From NCBI GenBank assembly GCA_013314715.1, contig JABUFC010000002.1, forward strand, positions 24,484 through 88,483: a stretch of 64,000 bases of DNA, written 5' to 3'. A program made the translations under genes and the position numbers. Below are positions 19,039 to 28,770 of this stretch, one piece after another; the stretch's first letter is position 1; each line of letters begins with the position of its first letter. The notes below the pieces were generated by a model. It did not search any database, was not told the origin of the DNA, and was given only the letters and a program-made list of their open reading frames with translations. This DNA comes from Bacteroidales bacterium (GTDB taxonomy: Bacteria > Bacteroidota > Bacteroidia > Bacteroidales > GWA2-32-17).

Positions 19039-22000
19039 ATGAAAAAACTTATTCTATTATTAATATTCGTATGGATAACCTATCCATTTTTTTCACAGTC
19101 TATTGCTTATAAAGCAGAAGAAGACGGCTATTTTAGCAATTCTTTTGAAACAAAAGCCGGATTAGTACTGGTTGGCAATAAACAAAACGATTTATATCTA
19201 TTAAAAAATGGTAAACTAAGTACTTTAGTTTCTGCACCCGGCTGCGCTCGTTATATTCAACTATCGCCCGATAGTTTATCTGTAGCTTTTAAGTACATTC
19301 ACAAAGATGGGTACCAACAACCTGCTATTATTAACCTAAATACTCAAAAGCTCACCTTTTTATACTCCCAAGTACCACTTTGCGGACAACCAACATTTGA
19401 TGCTCAAGGTAAAATTTATTTCACAATTGGTAACGAACTCAAAGTTTATCAAAACGGCAATACCCAAAGTTTTCAATTACCGCTCTATGTCAACTATATT
19501 GCAGTTTCGCACAATGGCAATTTAGTAGCTTTTGCCGACGATGACAAAGGTATATATTTATTTAATTTAACTACTTTAGAAACGAAGCTTATTGGCACGC
19601 CGGCTTGTTTTTATCCTGCTTTTTCATTCGACAATCATTATTTAGCCTATGGTTCAAATCCACACTTATTATATGTTTATGATCTGATAAACAACAAAAC
19701 CCTGGGACCTATTGATATGGCAGGTTTTAAATGGCATCCTTTCGAAAACAAACTCGTAGGTATTCACTCCACTTCGAAAGATTTTGAAATATTAAGCAGC
19801 GATGTTTGGCAAGTATCTTTACCTAATTTAACTATTGAGGAAATTACACACTCACCAGAATTTGAATCATCTGTTAATTTCGATGCCTATGGGAATTACA
19901 GAATCACTTATTTGACAGAATATGCAGTAAAAAAACTTACCACCCAAAAAACAACACAACTGTTATATAAAACCTCAACTTTAGATCAATCGAGCCTTTA
20001 TCCCGAAGCCAATACCAAAGCTGATGTTACCGTTCCGGGTACCGTCCCCTATGTGCATCAAGTGTACGATACTCCTTCATGGCATTCGGGTTATGGAAGC
20101 TGTGCACCCACAACGTCTATCATGGCATTGGCATATTACAATCGCTTACCTAAATGGTCGGTTACTGTTGATCACGGTAAAACTTGGGACCCACACGTTA
20201 ACGATTACGGTAGCTATGTTGCCGATCGTTATCGCTTTAACGAATGGTATTACCAAGAAACAGCCGATGATTATGCTGGGAACACTGCTTATGGAGGCTA
20301 TGGTTATATGTGGACTGGTTCATATTCGCCCAATAGTCGAATGAAAAACTACATTCAAAACCACTATTTAACGTCCAATCAATATTGGACTACTTCATGT
20401 ACCTACTCAGCTACAACTACCGAAATCGACAATGGTTATGTTCACCCAATTTGTTGTTATCTTACCAGTTCAGGTCACTTGGTTTTAGCCATTGGATACA
20501 AAACCGGTCAACATACATTAATATTTAACGATCCCTATGGCAACAAAAATACACCTGGATATCCAAGCTACGATGGTGCTTATTCATATTACGACTGGCC
20601 AGGCTACAACAACGGTTACGTAAATCTCGATGCCAACGGCAATTATGGTTATGTTGCGTGGACGGTTGCAGCACGTGGCACACAACCTGTATACTCCGAT
20701 ACCATCATTGACGATAACCATTTTAATCATGGCTTTTTTATGAACAATGTAAATAATGGTTCACACATGCGTTATTTTCGCGATTTTAATGTAGGTTACG
20801 GCGGACATAGCTGGTACACTTTAGGTATGGCAACAGGAAGCGATATTTGTTTTTGTACATGGACGCCAACTATTCATCAAAACGGTTACTTCAATGTTAA
20901 AGCTTTTATTCCCAGTCAAGGATCTAATACAACTCACGCTAAATATAAAATTTTTCATGCTAATGGTGTCGACAGTGTTATTATCAACCAAAACACACAT
21001 CGCAATCAATGGGTTGATTTAGGAACCTATTATTTTACTACTAATGGTCAAAAATATGTGTATTTAGGCGATTTAACTGGTACAACCGGCGATTCCATAG
21101 CATTCGACTGTGTAAAATTTAGCCCTATGCAAGTTGATAATATCGCTCCATCAACTTCTATTTCGACCAATGGAACCTGGAAAACACAAGATTTTACTGC
21201 TACTTATATCGATTCAGACAACGATTCTGTTGAAAAAGCTTTTTACCAAGTGCTCGATTTTAATGGCAATTACTGGTTTGCCAACCATCAACGTGGCTTC
21301 TTTGGCGACAACTTCGATACCTTACAACCGTTGTGGGCAATATACAATGGAACATGGAATGTTAGCAATGGCGAACTCATACAAAGCGACGAAAACGAAA
21401 CAAATACAAATATTTATGCTCCATTAAATCAAACACTTTCTAATCGTTATCTTTATCATTTTAAAGCCAAAGTTAGTGGTAATGGTACCAACAAACGTTT
21501 CGGCTTTCACTTTTTTTGCGATGATGGTAATTTAGAAAATAGAGGTAACTCTTATTTCATTTGGTTTAGAGTCGAAGGTCAAACACTTGAATTTTATAAA
21601 TCGACCAATAATGTCATTCAGCAACAGAGCATTATAAATGGAATTACGACTAATCCTAATCAATGGTACGATTTTAAAATAACCTACGATAGAATAACGG
21701 GGAAAATATGTGTTTGGCGTGATGATATTTTTCTTGGCACATGGACAGACCCTACCCCCTATTCTACTAACGGCAATTACATAAGCTTTAGAACCGGTAA
21801 TGCAGTACTTAACGTAACAGAATTAAAGGTATATCGTTCAAGAACCACCACCACTAACATCAGCTTAGGCGATTCAACTAAAGATATTCGTTACCAGAAT
21901 CCAAACCCAACAACCTATGCAGCAAAAATTAAATCAATAGTAGTTGATGCGTATAACAATTTATCACCTATTGCCTATCATGATTTAAATGTTGACTGGA

Positions 22001-22830
22001 CAGCCCCCTTAACCATTAGCTTAATAAACGACGGAAGTATTAGCGATGTTGACACTGTTATGAATCCTAACCAAATTGAAGCATACTGGACAAATACAAA
22101 CGACCCTCATAGCGGCATCGCTTATTATGAAGTATCGCTAGGTACATCGCCATGCAACGATGATATAGTAAATTGGACTCAAGTTGGATTAGTTAATCAA
22201 TATACATTCAACAACTTACAACTCAATCAAGGTCAAACTTATTACACCAATGTTCGGGCTGTAAATAATGCCGGTTTAGTAAGTGCTTGCACTTCCAGTG
22301 ATGGATTTATTGTTGGCAGCAATTTGATTGCCGATTTCTATGCCGTTGATAGCATTTTATATTTACCCAATGCTTACGCAATTTTTGTAAATACTTCTCT
22401 CAATGCTCAGAGCTATTTATGGAATTTTGGCGATGGAAGCACCTCTACCGATATGAACCCCTTTCACCTTTATATCGATACTGGCTCTTATACTGTTAGT
22501 CTTAAAGTATTTAATAATACCATGCAAGATTCTATTATCAAACAAAATTACATTCATGTTCAAGCAGCGAATTTGCTCCCAGCTAATAAGCTTTCTAGCG
22601 TTTACTATTTTCCCAATCCCGTTAAAGAGAAACTCACAATTGTGGTAAATTCGGCGACTAAACAAAAGCTTTCATACCAAATTAAAGATATTACAGGTAA
22701 AACCATAACCAATGGACAAATTGAAACAAACAAACAACAAAACATTGATTTTTCAACTCTAAGTAAAGGATGTTATATCATTCAATTTGAAAATGAATGG
22801 ATAAAAAAATTGTCAATAATTAAACAATAA
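19039..22830 (+). CDS. Multidomain T9SS-secreted protein
   Basis: Signal peptide. PD40-like repeats (YIQLSPDSLSVAFKY; YIAVSHNGNLVAFADD; PAFSFDNHYLAYGS). Cys-peptidase context VHQVYDTPSWHSGYGSCAPTTSIMALAYY…SSGHLVLAIGY…IFNDPYG. A W..LG.Y.F sugar/cell-wall-binding-like module. A concanavalin-like segment (NGTWNVSNGELIQ…FGFHFF…QWYDFKITYD). PKD motif FGDGSTS…HLY…GSYTVSLKV. A T9SS-like C-terminus (YFPNPVKEKLTIV…GCYIIQF…IIKQ). Confidence 0.7.
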   Translation: MKKLILLLIFVWITYPFFSQSIAYKAEEDGYFSNSFETKAGLVLVGNKQNDLYLLKNGKLSTLVSAPGCARYIQLSPDSLSVAFKYIHKDGYQQPAIINLNTQKLTFLYSQVPLCGQPTFDAQGKIYFTIGNELKVYQNGNTQSFQLPLYVNYIAVSHNGNLVAFADDDKGIYLFNLTTLETKLIGTPACFYPAFSFDNHYLAYGSNPHLLYVYDLINNKTLGPIDMAGFKWHPFENKLVGIHSTSKDFEILSSDVWQVSLPNLTIEEITHSPEFESSVNFDAYGNYRITYLTEYAVKKLTTQKTTQLLYKTSTLDQSSLYPEANTKADVTVPGTVPYVHQVYDTPSWHSGYGSCAPTTSIMALAYYNRLPKWSVTVDHGKTWDPHVNDYGSYVADRYRFNEWYYQETADDYAGNTAYGGYGYMWTGSYSPNSRMKNYIQNHYLTSNQYWTTSCTYSATTTEIDNGYVHPICCYLTSSGHLVLAIGYKTGQHTLIFNDPYGNKNTPGYPSYDGAYSYYDWPGYNNGYVNLDANGNYGYVAWTVAARGTQPVYSDTIIDDNHFNHGFFMNNVNNGSHMRYFRDFNVGYGGHSWYTLGMATGSDICFCTWTPTIHQNGYFNVKAFIPSQGSNTTHAKYKIFHANGVDSVIINQNTHRNQWVDLGTYYFTTNGQKYVYLGDLTGTTGDSIAFDCVKFSPMQVDNIAPSTSISTNGTWKTQDFTATYIDSDNDSVEKAFYQVLDFNGNYWFANHQRGFFGDNFDTLQPLWAIYNGTWNVSNGELIQSDENETNTNIYAPLNQTLSNRYLYHFKAKVSGNGTNKRFGFHFFCDDGNLENRGNSYFIWFRVEGQTLEFYKSTNNVIQQQSIINGITTNPNQWYDFKITYDRITGKICVWRDDIFLGTWTDPTPYSTNGNYISFRTGNAVLNVTELKVYRSRTTTTNISLGDSTKDIRYQNPNPTTYAAKIKSIVVDAYNNLSPIAYHDLNVDWTAPLTISLINDGSISDVDTVMNPNQIEAYWTNTNDPHSGIAYYEVSLGTSPCNDDIVNWTQVGLVNQYTFNNLQLNQGQTYYTNVRAVNNAGLVSACTSSDGFIVGSNLIADFYAVDSILYLPNAYAIFVNTSLNAQSYLWNFGDGSTSTDMNPFHLYIDTGSYTVSLKVFNNTMQDSIIKQNYIHVQAANLLPANKLSSVYYFPNPVKEKLTIVVNSATKQKLSYQIKDITGKTITNGQIETNKQQNIDFSTLSKGCYIIQFENEWIKKLSIIKQ

Positions 22831-22884
22831 TTTTTTTGGTTAGCCAATAAAAAACCTGTACTTTTATTTCAAAATTTTTGAACT

Positions 22885-23514
22885 ATGGGAATGCATATAG
22901 CCGTAGCCGGTAATATAGGCTCAGGAAAAACTACTCTTACTACCTTATTATCAAAACATTATAAATGGGAAGCACACTTTGAAGATGTGGATGACAACCC
23001 ATACTTAAACGATTTTTACGACGATATGCATCGTTGGTCTTTTAACCTTCAAGTGTACTTTCTAAACAGTCGCTTTAGTCAAATATTAGAAATTCGTAAA
23101 TCGCCTAAAACAGTTATTCAGGACCGTACTATTTATGAAGACGCCCATATCTTTGCTCCTAACTTACATAGCATGGGACTTATGTCATCACGCGATTTTG
23201 AAACTTATTTTACTTTATTTAACCTTATGTCTTCGTTAGTTCAACCACCCGACTTACTTATATACTTACAGGCTTCGGTTCCTAAGCTAGTAGAACAAAT
23301 TCAAAAACGCGGACGAGAATACGAAGCCAGTATCCGACTCGATTATTTAAAAAGCTTAAATGAACGCTATGAAGCTTGGATTTCAAATTACAATTTAAGC
23401 AAAATTTTAATTGTAGATGTGGATAATAACGATTTTAGTAACAATCCACAAGATTTAAGCAAAATAATCGATCAAGTAGATGCCGAACTACATGGTTTAT
23501 TTAAAGTCAAATAA
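22885..23514 (+). CDS. Deoxynucleoside kinase
   Basis: P-loop AGNIGSGKTT. The YLNDFY…RWSF.LQ…DRTIYED pattern is typical of the dAK/dGK/dCK family. Confidence 0.75.
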   Translation: MGMHIAVAGNIGSGKTTLTTLLSKHYKWEAHFEDVDDNPYLNDFYDDMHRWSFNLQVYFLNSRFSQILEIRKSPKTVIQDRTIYEDAHIFAPNLHSMGLMSSRDFETYFTLFNLMSSLVQPPDLLIYLQASVPKLVEQIQKRGREYEASIRLDYLKSLNERYEAWISNYNLSKILIVDVDNNDFSNNPQDLSKIIDQVDAELHGLFKVK

Positions 23515-23523
23515 AAAAACTTC

Positions 23524-24015
23524 TTACCTATTCTTTTCCCAAATATGAGCATCTTTTACAGTAGCATTTTCTATAAATAGTTTTACTATTGTTATTTTGG
23601 TATGAAAGCCATATAAACCGGCTGCACCAGGATTAACAAAGAGCCAATTATATTTTTTATCGTACATTATTCGTAAAATATGCGAATGCCCTCCTATTAC
23701 TAAATTATATTTCGAACTTTGCAAAATAGGAATAACATTTTTATCGTATTTATTTGGACAACCTACTATATGCTTCATAAAAACATTTACGCCCTCAATA
23801 GTGAATTGTTGAATTGCTGGAACTTCTTTTTTTATTAGATTTCCATCGATGTTACCATAAACAGCTCTTAGAGGTTTAAAACTTTTAAGTGCATTTAATA
23901 CTTCTATTGAGCCTATATCGCCAGCATGCCAAATTTCATCACAATCTTCAAAATAACGATATACATAATCGCCCAAATAGCCATGTGTATCCGATAAAAG
24001 CCCTATTTTAACCAT
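23524..24015 (-). CDS. YfcE/MJ0936-type metallophosphoesterase
   Basis: Calcineurin-like motifs LSDTHG, HAGDIGS, YGNIDG and GGHSHI. It overlaps the upstream gene by 8 nt. Confidence 0.7.
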   Translation of the reverse strand: MVKIGLLSDTHGYLGDYVYRYFEDCDEIWHAGDIGSIEVLNALKSFKPLRAVYGNIDGNLIKKEVPAIQQFTIEGVNVFMKHIVGCPNKYDKNVIPILQSSKYNLVIGGHSHILRIMYDKKYNWLFVNPGAAGLYGFHTKITIVKLFIENATVKDAHIWEKNR

Positions 24016-24811
24016 TTAATTTAACATCAAAATCATCTGCATCTAAATAGGCTGGAAATTCTTTTTTAAAATCGGAAAGAGCACTATACGAACATGTAGC
24101 AAGAATAGCCATTTCTGAATTATCACTTGCTTCATCTATTACATTTCCTTTATAATCGATAAACATGGTTGCACCATTATATTTAACTCCATTACCATCA
24201 GTGCCACAACGATTTACCCCAATCACATAGCATTGATTTTCAATAGCTCTTGCCATTAAAAGTTTTTTCCAAGCATCTATTCTTGCTTGAGGCCAATTGG
24301 CAACTACTAATAAAACATCATAATTGTTTTTGTTTCGCAACCATACTGGAAAACGCAAGTCATAACAAATAGAGGGTTTTATTTTCCAATTTAAATAGTT
24401 TATGATGATTGATTTATTACCTGAAGCATATATTTTATCTTCGTTTGCCATTCTAAACAAATGCCGTTTATCATACATAAAATAATTACCATTCGGCTCA
24501 AAAAAGAAAAAACGATTAACATAACGCTCGCTATCTTTAATCATTAAGCTACCTGCAATAGCTGTTTTATATTGATTAGCCCATTTTGAAAGTTGTTTTA
24601 AAGGTTTAGAATCGTTTTCTAATGAATTTGAAAATACATTCATCGAAAAACCTGTTAAAAACATTTCTGGGAAAACAATTATATCTGCCTTTGAACTATA
24701 ATTTTCAATCCAAAATTTTATTTTTTGCAGGTTTGCATCTACATTTTCCCATATAATATCTAGCTGAATAGCTGCAATGCTAATATTATTCATCATATTG
24801 TGGTGTATCAA
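24008..24811 (-). CDS. Carbon-nitrogen hydrolase (nitrilase superfamily; omega-amidase/YafV-like)
   Basis: Glu in VFPEMF, Lys in YDKRHLF and Cys in KPSICYDLRFP form the nitrilase-superfamily triad context. The start may be one of the internal Met codons at residues 6-7. Confidence 0.7.
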   Translation of the reverse strand: MIHHNMMNNISIAAIQLDIIWENVDANLQKIKFWIENYSSKADIIVFPEMFLTGFSMNVFSNSLENDSKPLKQLSKWANQYKTAIAGSLMIKDSERYVNRFFFFEPNGNYFMYDKRHLFRMANEDKIYASGNKSIIINYLNWKIKPSICYDLRFPVWLRNKNNYDVLLVVANWPQARIDAWKKLLMARAIENQCYVIGVNRCGTDGNGVKYNGATMFIDYKGNVIDEASDNSEMAILATCSYSALSDFKKEFPAYLDADDFDVKLNG

Positions 24812-25340
24812 ATTGCAAAGGCTTTTTAGCTATTACTCCCTGGTAGCACTCTGCTATTTGTTTTAGAACTTCGTTATAGGGTAAATTATAATCAATTTCT
24901 CTTACGGGTCCTAATATTTTATGCCCGTAATCGAGTTTTGTTACTACAATAGGAACTTGAGCTTTTTGTGCTATTAAATAGAATCCTTTTTTCCATCGTT
25001 TTGTTTTTTTTCGAGTTCCTTCGGGAGTAATGACTAAATAGAAAAATTCGTTTTGTTTAAAATGTTCAACCATTTGATCTACCATATTATTTTTAGTATT
25101 ACCTCTATCAACTGGAACTCCTCCTAATGCTTTGAGTATATAGCCAAATGGAAAAACAAAAAATTCCTTTTTTATTATAAATCGCGTTTTAAGACCAAAA
25201 TGATGCAATGCAAGCCAACCATTGATAAAATCCCATACACTCGTATGGGGTGCTGCTATAATAACCATCTTTTTATATGCAGGAAAAGTGCCTTCGATTT
25301 TCCAACCGAGGCACTTTAAAGCAAGCGTTTGCCAACGCAT
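24786..25340 (-). CDS. Lysophospholipid (1-acyl-sn-glycerol-3-phosphate-type) acyltransferase
   Basis: HX4D motif (APHTSVWDF) and PEGTR motif (ITPEGTRKK). Confidence 0.65.
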   Translation of the reverse strand: MRWQTLALKCLGWKIEGTFPAYKKMVIIAAPHTSVWDFINGWLALHHFGLKTRFIIKKEFFVFPFGYILKALGGVPVDRGNTKNNMVDQMVEHFKQNEFFYLVITPEGTRKKTKRWKKGFYLIAQKAQVPIVVTKLDYGHKILGPVREIDYNLPYNEVLKQIAECYQGVIAKKPLQFDTPQYDE

Positions 25341-25343
25341 ATT

Positions 25344-25916
25344 TTAATAGTTTTCAGCTAATATCTCAAAAAATGATTTAGAATGTAAACAAGCAGGACA
25401 AGTTTCGAGTGGTTTTGTACCTTCGTGAACATAACCACAATTTCGACAAACCCATTTTACTTTTTCGTTACGTTCAAAAACAGTTCCATCAATTATATTT
25501 TGTAGTAGTTTGCGATAGCGTTTTTCGTGTTCTGCTTCTACTTTTGCTATCATTTTAAATGCAGTAGCAATTTCTTTAAACCCTTCTTTCAATGCAACTT
25601 CGGCAAAATAAGGATACAAATCAGCCCATTCTTCATGTTCGCCATTAGCAGCAGCTTCAAGATTTTCTTTTGTTGTGCCAATAATACCAGCTGGATAAGT
25701 AGCGGTTATTTCGAGCATTCCACCTTCTAAAAATTTAAAAAAACGTTTTGCATGTTGCTTTTCTTGGTCTGCTGTTTGTTGAAAAATAGCAGCTATTTGT
25801 TCGTATCCTTCATTTTTAGCAACTTTTGCATAAAACTCATAACGATTTCGTGCTTGTGATTCACCAGCAAATGCTTTTAATAAATTTTTTTCGGTTTCTG
25901 TTCCTTTTAAACTCAT
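25344..25916 (-). CDS. rbr: Rubrerythrin
   Basis: A ferritin-like di-iron domain (GESQARNRY…EKQHAKRF…EHEEW…EAEHEKRY) is followed by a C-terminal rubredoxin-like CRNCG…CPAC. Confidence 0.9.
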   Translation of the reverse strand: MSLKGTETEKNLLKAFAGESQARNRYEFYAKVAKNEGYEQIAAIFQQTADQEKQHAKRFFKFLEGGMLEITATYPAGIIGTTKENLEAAANGEHEEWADLYPYFAEVALKEGFKEIATAFKMIAKVEAEHEKRYRKLLQNIIDGTVFERNEKVKWVCRNCGYVHEGTKPLETCPACLHSKSFFEILAENY

Positions 25917-25922
25917 ATAAAA

Positions 25923-26180
25923 TTATTTTTTAAATACCATTTTTTGAATTTCAATATCTTTTAATTGACGTAATTCTTCTTCAAGATTTTGCATCTCTTG
26001 CTTATCGCCATACAATTCTAATAAAATTATACCACTATTGCTGCAATATCCATTTACAACTTCGTGTAACCCTAAACGTGTTTTAATTGAACAACCAAAG
26101 CGAGTTAATAAATTTTGCACAGCTAAAGCATTCTTTGAACGTTCTTGAATATGAATACCTAATATTACTACTTCTTCCAT
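25923..26180 (-). CDS. TM1266-like small ACT/NikR-C-like protein (putative iron-only hydrogenase system regulator family), paralog 2
   Basis: 85 aa. It shares FGC.I..RLG.HEV…C…G.I.L with the adjacent paralog, and its size, pattern and position next to hydG fit the TM1266 family. The family call is from memory. Confidence 0.5.
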   Translation of the reverse strand: MEEVVILGIHIQERSKNALAVQNLLTRFGCSIKTRLGLHEVVNGYCSNSGIILLELYGDKQEMQNLEEELRQLKDIEIQKMVFKK

Positions 26181-26221
26181 AATATTTTTTTGGAGCTAAG
26201 TTAATATAAATTCAAATAAAA

Positions 26222-26479
26222 TTAAATAGTAAAATTCATTTCTTGCAATTCAATTCCCTCAATTTGTTTTATTGCTTCTAAAAATTGCTCGTAGTGATAT
26301 TTATCATCAATTATTTGCAATATAATGAATCCTACTCTACTGCATGTATATTCGCTTACTTCATGAAAGCCGAGTCTTGAACGTATAATACAACCAAAAT
26401 CGCTCAATACCTTTTGTGTTTTACCTGCTTCTTTTATGCGGTCTTTAATAGCAATACCAACTATTTTATAATTTGTCAT
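26222..26479 (-). CDS. TM1266-like small ACT/NikR-C-like protein, paralog 1
   Basis: 85 aa, a tandem paralog of 25923-26180 lying immediately downstream of hydG. Confidence 0.5.
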   Translation of the reverse strand: MTNYKIVGIAIKDRIKEAGKTQKVLSDFGCIIRSRLGFHEVSEYTCSRVGFIILQIIDDKYHYEQFLEAIKQIEGIELQEMNFTI

Positions 26480-26497
26480 AATGTTAAGGTTTTATTA

Positions 26498-27931
26498 TTA
26501 AAAGTAAATATCACGTTCACCATTTTTAATACGTTCTATTCTATTTTTAAGTTCATTTACATTCATATGTCCTTGCAAACCAGCAATTTCATTTTCAATT
26601 GCTTTCCACCCTTTTTCTTGTACATCGGGTGTTGCATAATCGATTAAATATTCTGTTAAGGTTAAAATTGCATTGGGCGAACAATATCGTTTAATAAAAC
26701 CGGGTACGGAGAATTCCATAAAATGTTCTCCTGTTCTACCTTTTCGATAGCAAGCAGTGCAAAATGAAGGTAAATATCCTTGATCGAGCAAATCGCTAAT
26801 TATTTCATTAAGCGAACGATCATCATTAATTTTAAATTGTTCGCGATTTAAATCTTGCTCACGATTAAGCAATTTTGCTTTGGCATATCCGCCTAATTCT
26901 ATTACTGTTCCACCATCTATTTGACTCACACCAAAACGCATAACTTCTTTCCTTACGTTTGCATTTTCTCGAGCTGTTAGAATCATACCCGTGTATGGTA
27001 CAGCCAAACGCAAAATAGCAATTAGTTTAACAAAATCATCATCAGACACCATATATTTAGATCCAACTGATAGCTCCGAAGCATCTTTAATACGTGGAAA
27101 TGAAATGGTATGAGGACCAACATTATAGCATGCTTCTAAATGATTAGTGTGACGAATCAAAGCCATCACCTCGAAACGCCAATCGTACAGGCCAAATAAC
27201 GCACCTATCCCAACATCATCTATTCCTGCTTCTTGAGCTCTATCAAGTGATGTCAATCGCCATTCATAATCCTTTTTCTTACCTCCTACATGATACCAAG
27301 TATAAGCATCGGGGTGATAGGTTTCCTGAAAAATTTGATATGTGCCAATACCAGCTTTACCAATTGTTCTGAAGCCTTGAATATCGAAAGGTGCAGCATT
27401 GATGTTTACACGTCTTATTTCACCATAACCTTTTTTAACACTATATACTAACTTTACTGTATGAGCAATATATTCGGCAGAATACTCAGGATGTTCACCA
27501 TAAACCAGAATAAGACGTTTTTGACCATTATCTTCCAATGCTTCTACTTCTTTAACAATCTCATCATCGGTTAAAGTTTTACGAATAGCTTTAGTATTTG
27601 TAACTTTAAATCCACAATATTGACAATTATTTGAACATTTATTACCAATATATAAAGGTGCAAATAAAACAATTCTATTTCCATATACTTTTTCTTTAAG
27701 CACACGAGCCCCTTGTTTTATTTCTTCTATTAATTCTGGGTCAGTAGTATTTATGAGCACTGCCGTTTCTTCTAAATTTAAACGTTGTTTATCGAGCGAT
27801 TTTGCAATTACTTCACGTACTCTTTGCTTATCAGGTTTAACATTGTTGATATAATTCCAAATTTCGTCTGGATCAATAAATGGTTGCATCCGTTTATCTT
27901 CGATAGAGTACTTTTCTGGCTTAAATTTCAT
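26498..27931 (-). CDS. hydG: [FeFe]-hydrogenase H-cluster radical-SAM maturase HydG (tyrosine lyase)
   Basis: 477 aa. Radical-SAM motif CSNNCQYCGF, plus the HydG-specific C-terminal CX2CX22C motif (CTACYRKGRTGEHFMEFSVPGFIKRYC) that ThiH lacks. Confidence 0.85.
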   Translation of the reverse strand: MKFKPEKYSIEDKRMQPFIDPDEIWNYINNVKPDKQRVREVIAKSLDKQRLNLEETAVLINTTDPELIEEIKQGARVLKEKVYGNRIVLFAPLYIGNKCSNNCQYCGFKVTNTKAIRKTLTDDEIVKEVEALEDNGQKRLILVYGEHPEYSAEYIAHTVKLVYSVKKGYGEIRRVNINAAPFDIQGFRTIGKAGIGTYQIFQETYHPDAYTWYHVGGKKKDYEWRLTSLDRAQEAGIDDVGIGALFGLYDWRFEVMALIRHTNHLEACYNVGPHTISFPRIKDASELSVGSKYMVSDDDFVKLIAILRLAVPYTGMILTARENANVRKEVMRFGVSQIDGGTVIELGGYAKAKLLNREQDLNREQFKINDDRSLNEIISDLLDQGYLPSFCTACYRKGRTGEHFMEFSVPGFIKRYCSPNAILTLTEYLIDYATPDVQEKGWKAIENEIAGLQGHMNVNELKNRIERIKNGERDIYF

Positions 27932-28022
27932 ATTTCTTTTAAATTAAAAATTATTAGGTACAATAATACTTAATATTTGCATATAAAAAAATGATTTTTG
28001 TTAGTTTTTCAAGTTTTGAACA

Positions 28023-28030
28023 TATATTTG
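28023..28030 (+). promoter_or_regulatory. -7 promoter box (TATATTTG) for rpe
   Basis: It matches TAnnTTTG and lies 42 nt upstream of the ATG at 28072. It sits downstream of the ORF-track start at 27991, which argues against that start. Confidence 0.4.
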
Positions 28031-28071
28031 CGATAAAAAATAATGTCGTTATCTTTGAAACAAAAATTGAA

Positions 28072-28722
28072 ATGATAGCACCTTCTATTTTATCAGCAGA
28101 TTTTACTCATTTAGCAGAAACTATTGAATTACTTAATAAAAGCGAAGCAAGTTATATTCATCTCGATATTATGGATGGCACATTTGTTCCAAACATAACT
28201 TTTGGGATGCCTATTGTCAAACAAATAAAAAAGATTGCTCAAAAACCTTTAGATACCCATTTAATGATTATTCAGCCCGAGCGTTACATTGAGCAATTTG
28301 CCGATGCGGGTTCAGATATCATTACTGTTCATTTTGAAACATGTCCTCATTTACACCGTACCATTCAGCAAATAAAACAAATAGGTATAAAAGCAGGTGT
28401 TTCAATCAATCCACATACTCCTGTTTCTGTTCTTGAAAATATTTTAAGCGAAGTCGATTTAGTACTTGTAATGTCAGTTAATCCTGGTTTTGGTGGACAA
28501 AAATTCATTGATTTTTCTTATAAAAAAATTACTCAATTGAACGAAATACGTAAAAAACAAAATTTATCGTTTTTGATAGAAGTTGATGGTGGTGTATGTT
28601 TAGAAAATGCTGCAAAACTTTATCAATCAGGAGCTAATATTTTAGTTGCAGGTAATGCAGTATTTAACCACTCCAGACCCATCGAAGCTATTAAAGAATT
28701 AAAAAATGTAAATAATAAGTAA
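28072..28722 (+). CDS. rpe: Ribulose-phosphate 3-epimerase
   Basis: MIAPSILSADF, HLDIMDG and MSVNPGFGGQKF motifs. Start set at the conserved N-terminus. Confidence 0.9.
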   Translation: MIAPSILSADFTHLAETIELLNKSEASYIHLDIMDGTFVPNITFGMPIVKQIKKIAQKPLDTHLMIIQPERYIEQFADAGSDIITVHFETCPHLHRTIQQIKQIGIKAGVSINPHTPVSVLENILSEVDLVLVMSVNPGFGGQKFIDFSYKKITQLNEIRKKQNLSFLIEVDGGVCLENAAKLYQSGANILVAGNAVFNHSRPIEAIKELKNVNNK

Positions 28723-28747
28723 TCTTTGACAAATAAAAAACAATTTC

Positions 28748-28755
28748 TACCTTTG
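28748..28755 (+). promoter_or_regulatory. -7 promoter box (TACCTTTG) for tRNA-Pro
   Basis: It matches TAnnTTTG, 15 nt upstream of the tRNA 5' end. Confidence 0.5.
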
Positions 28756-28770
28756 CAAAGTTTTTTATCA

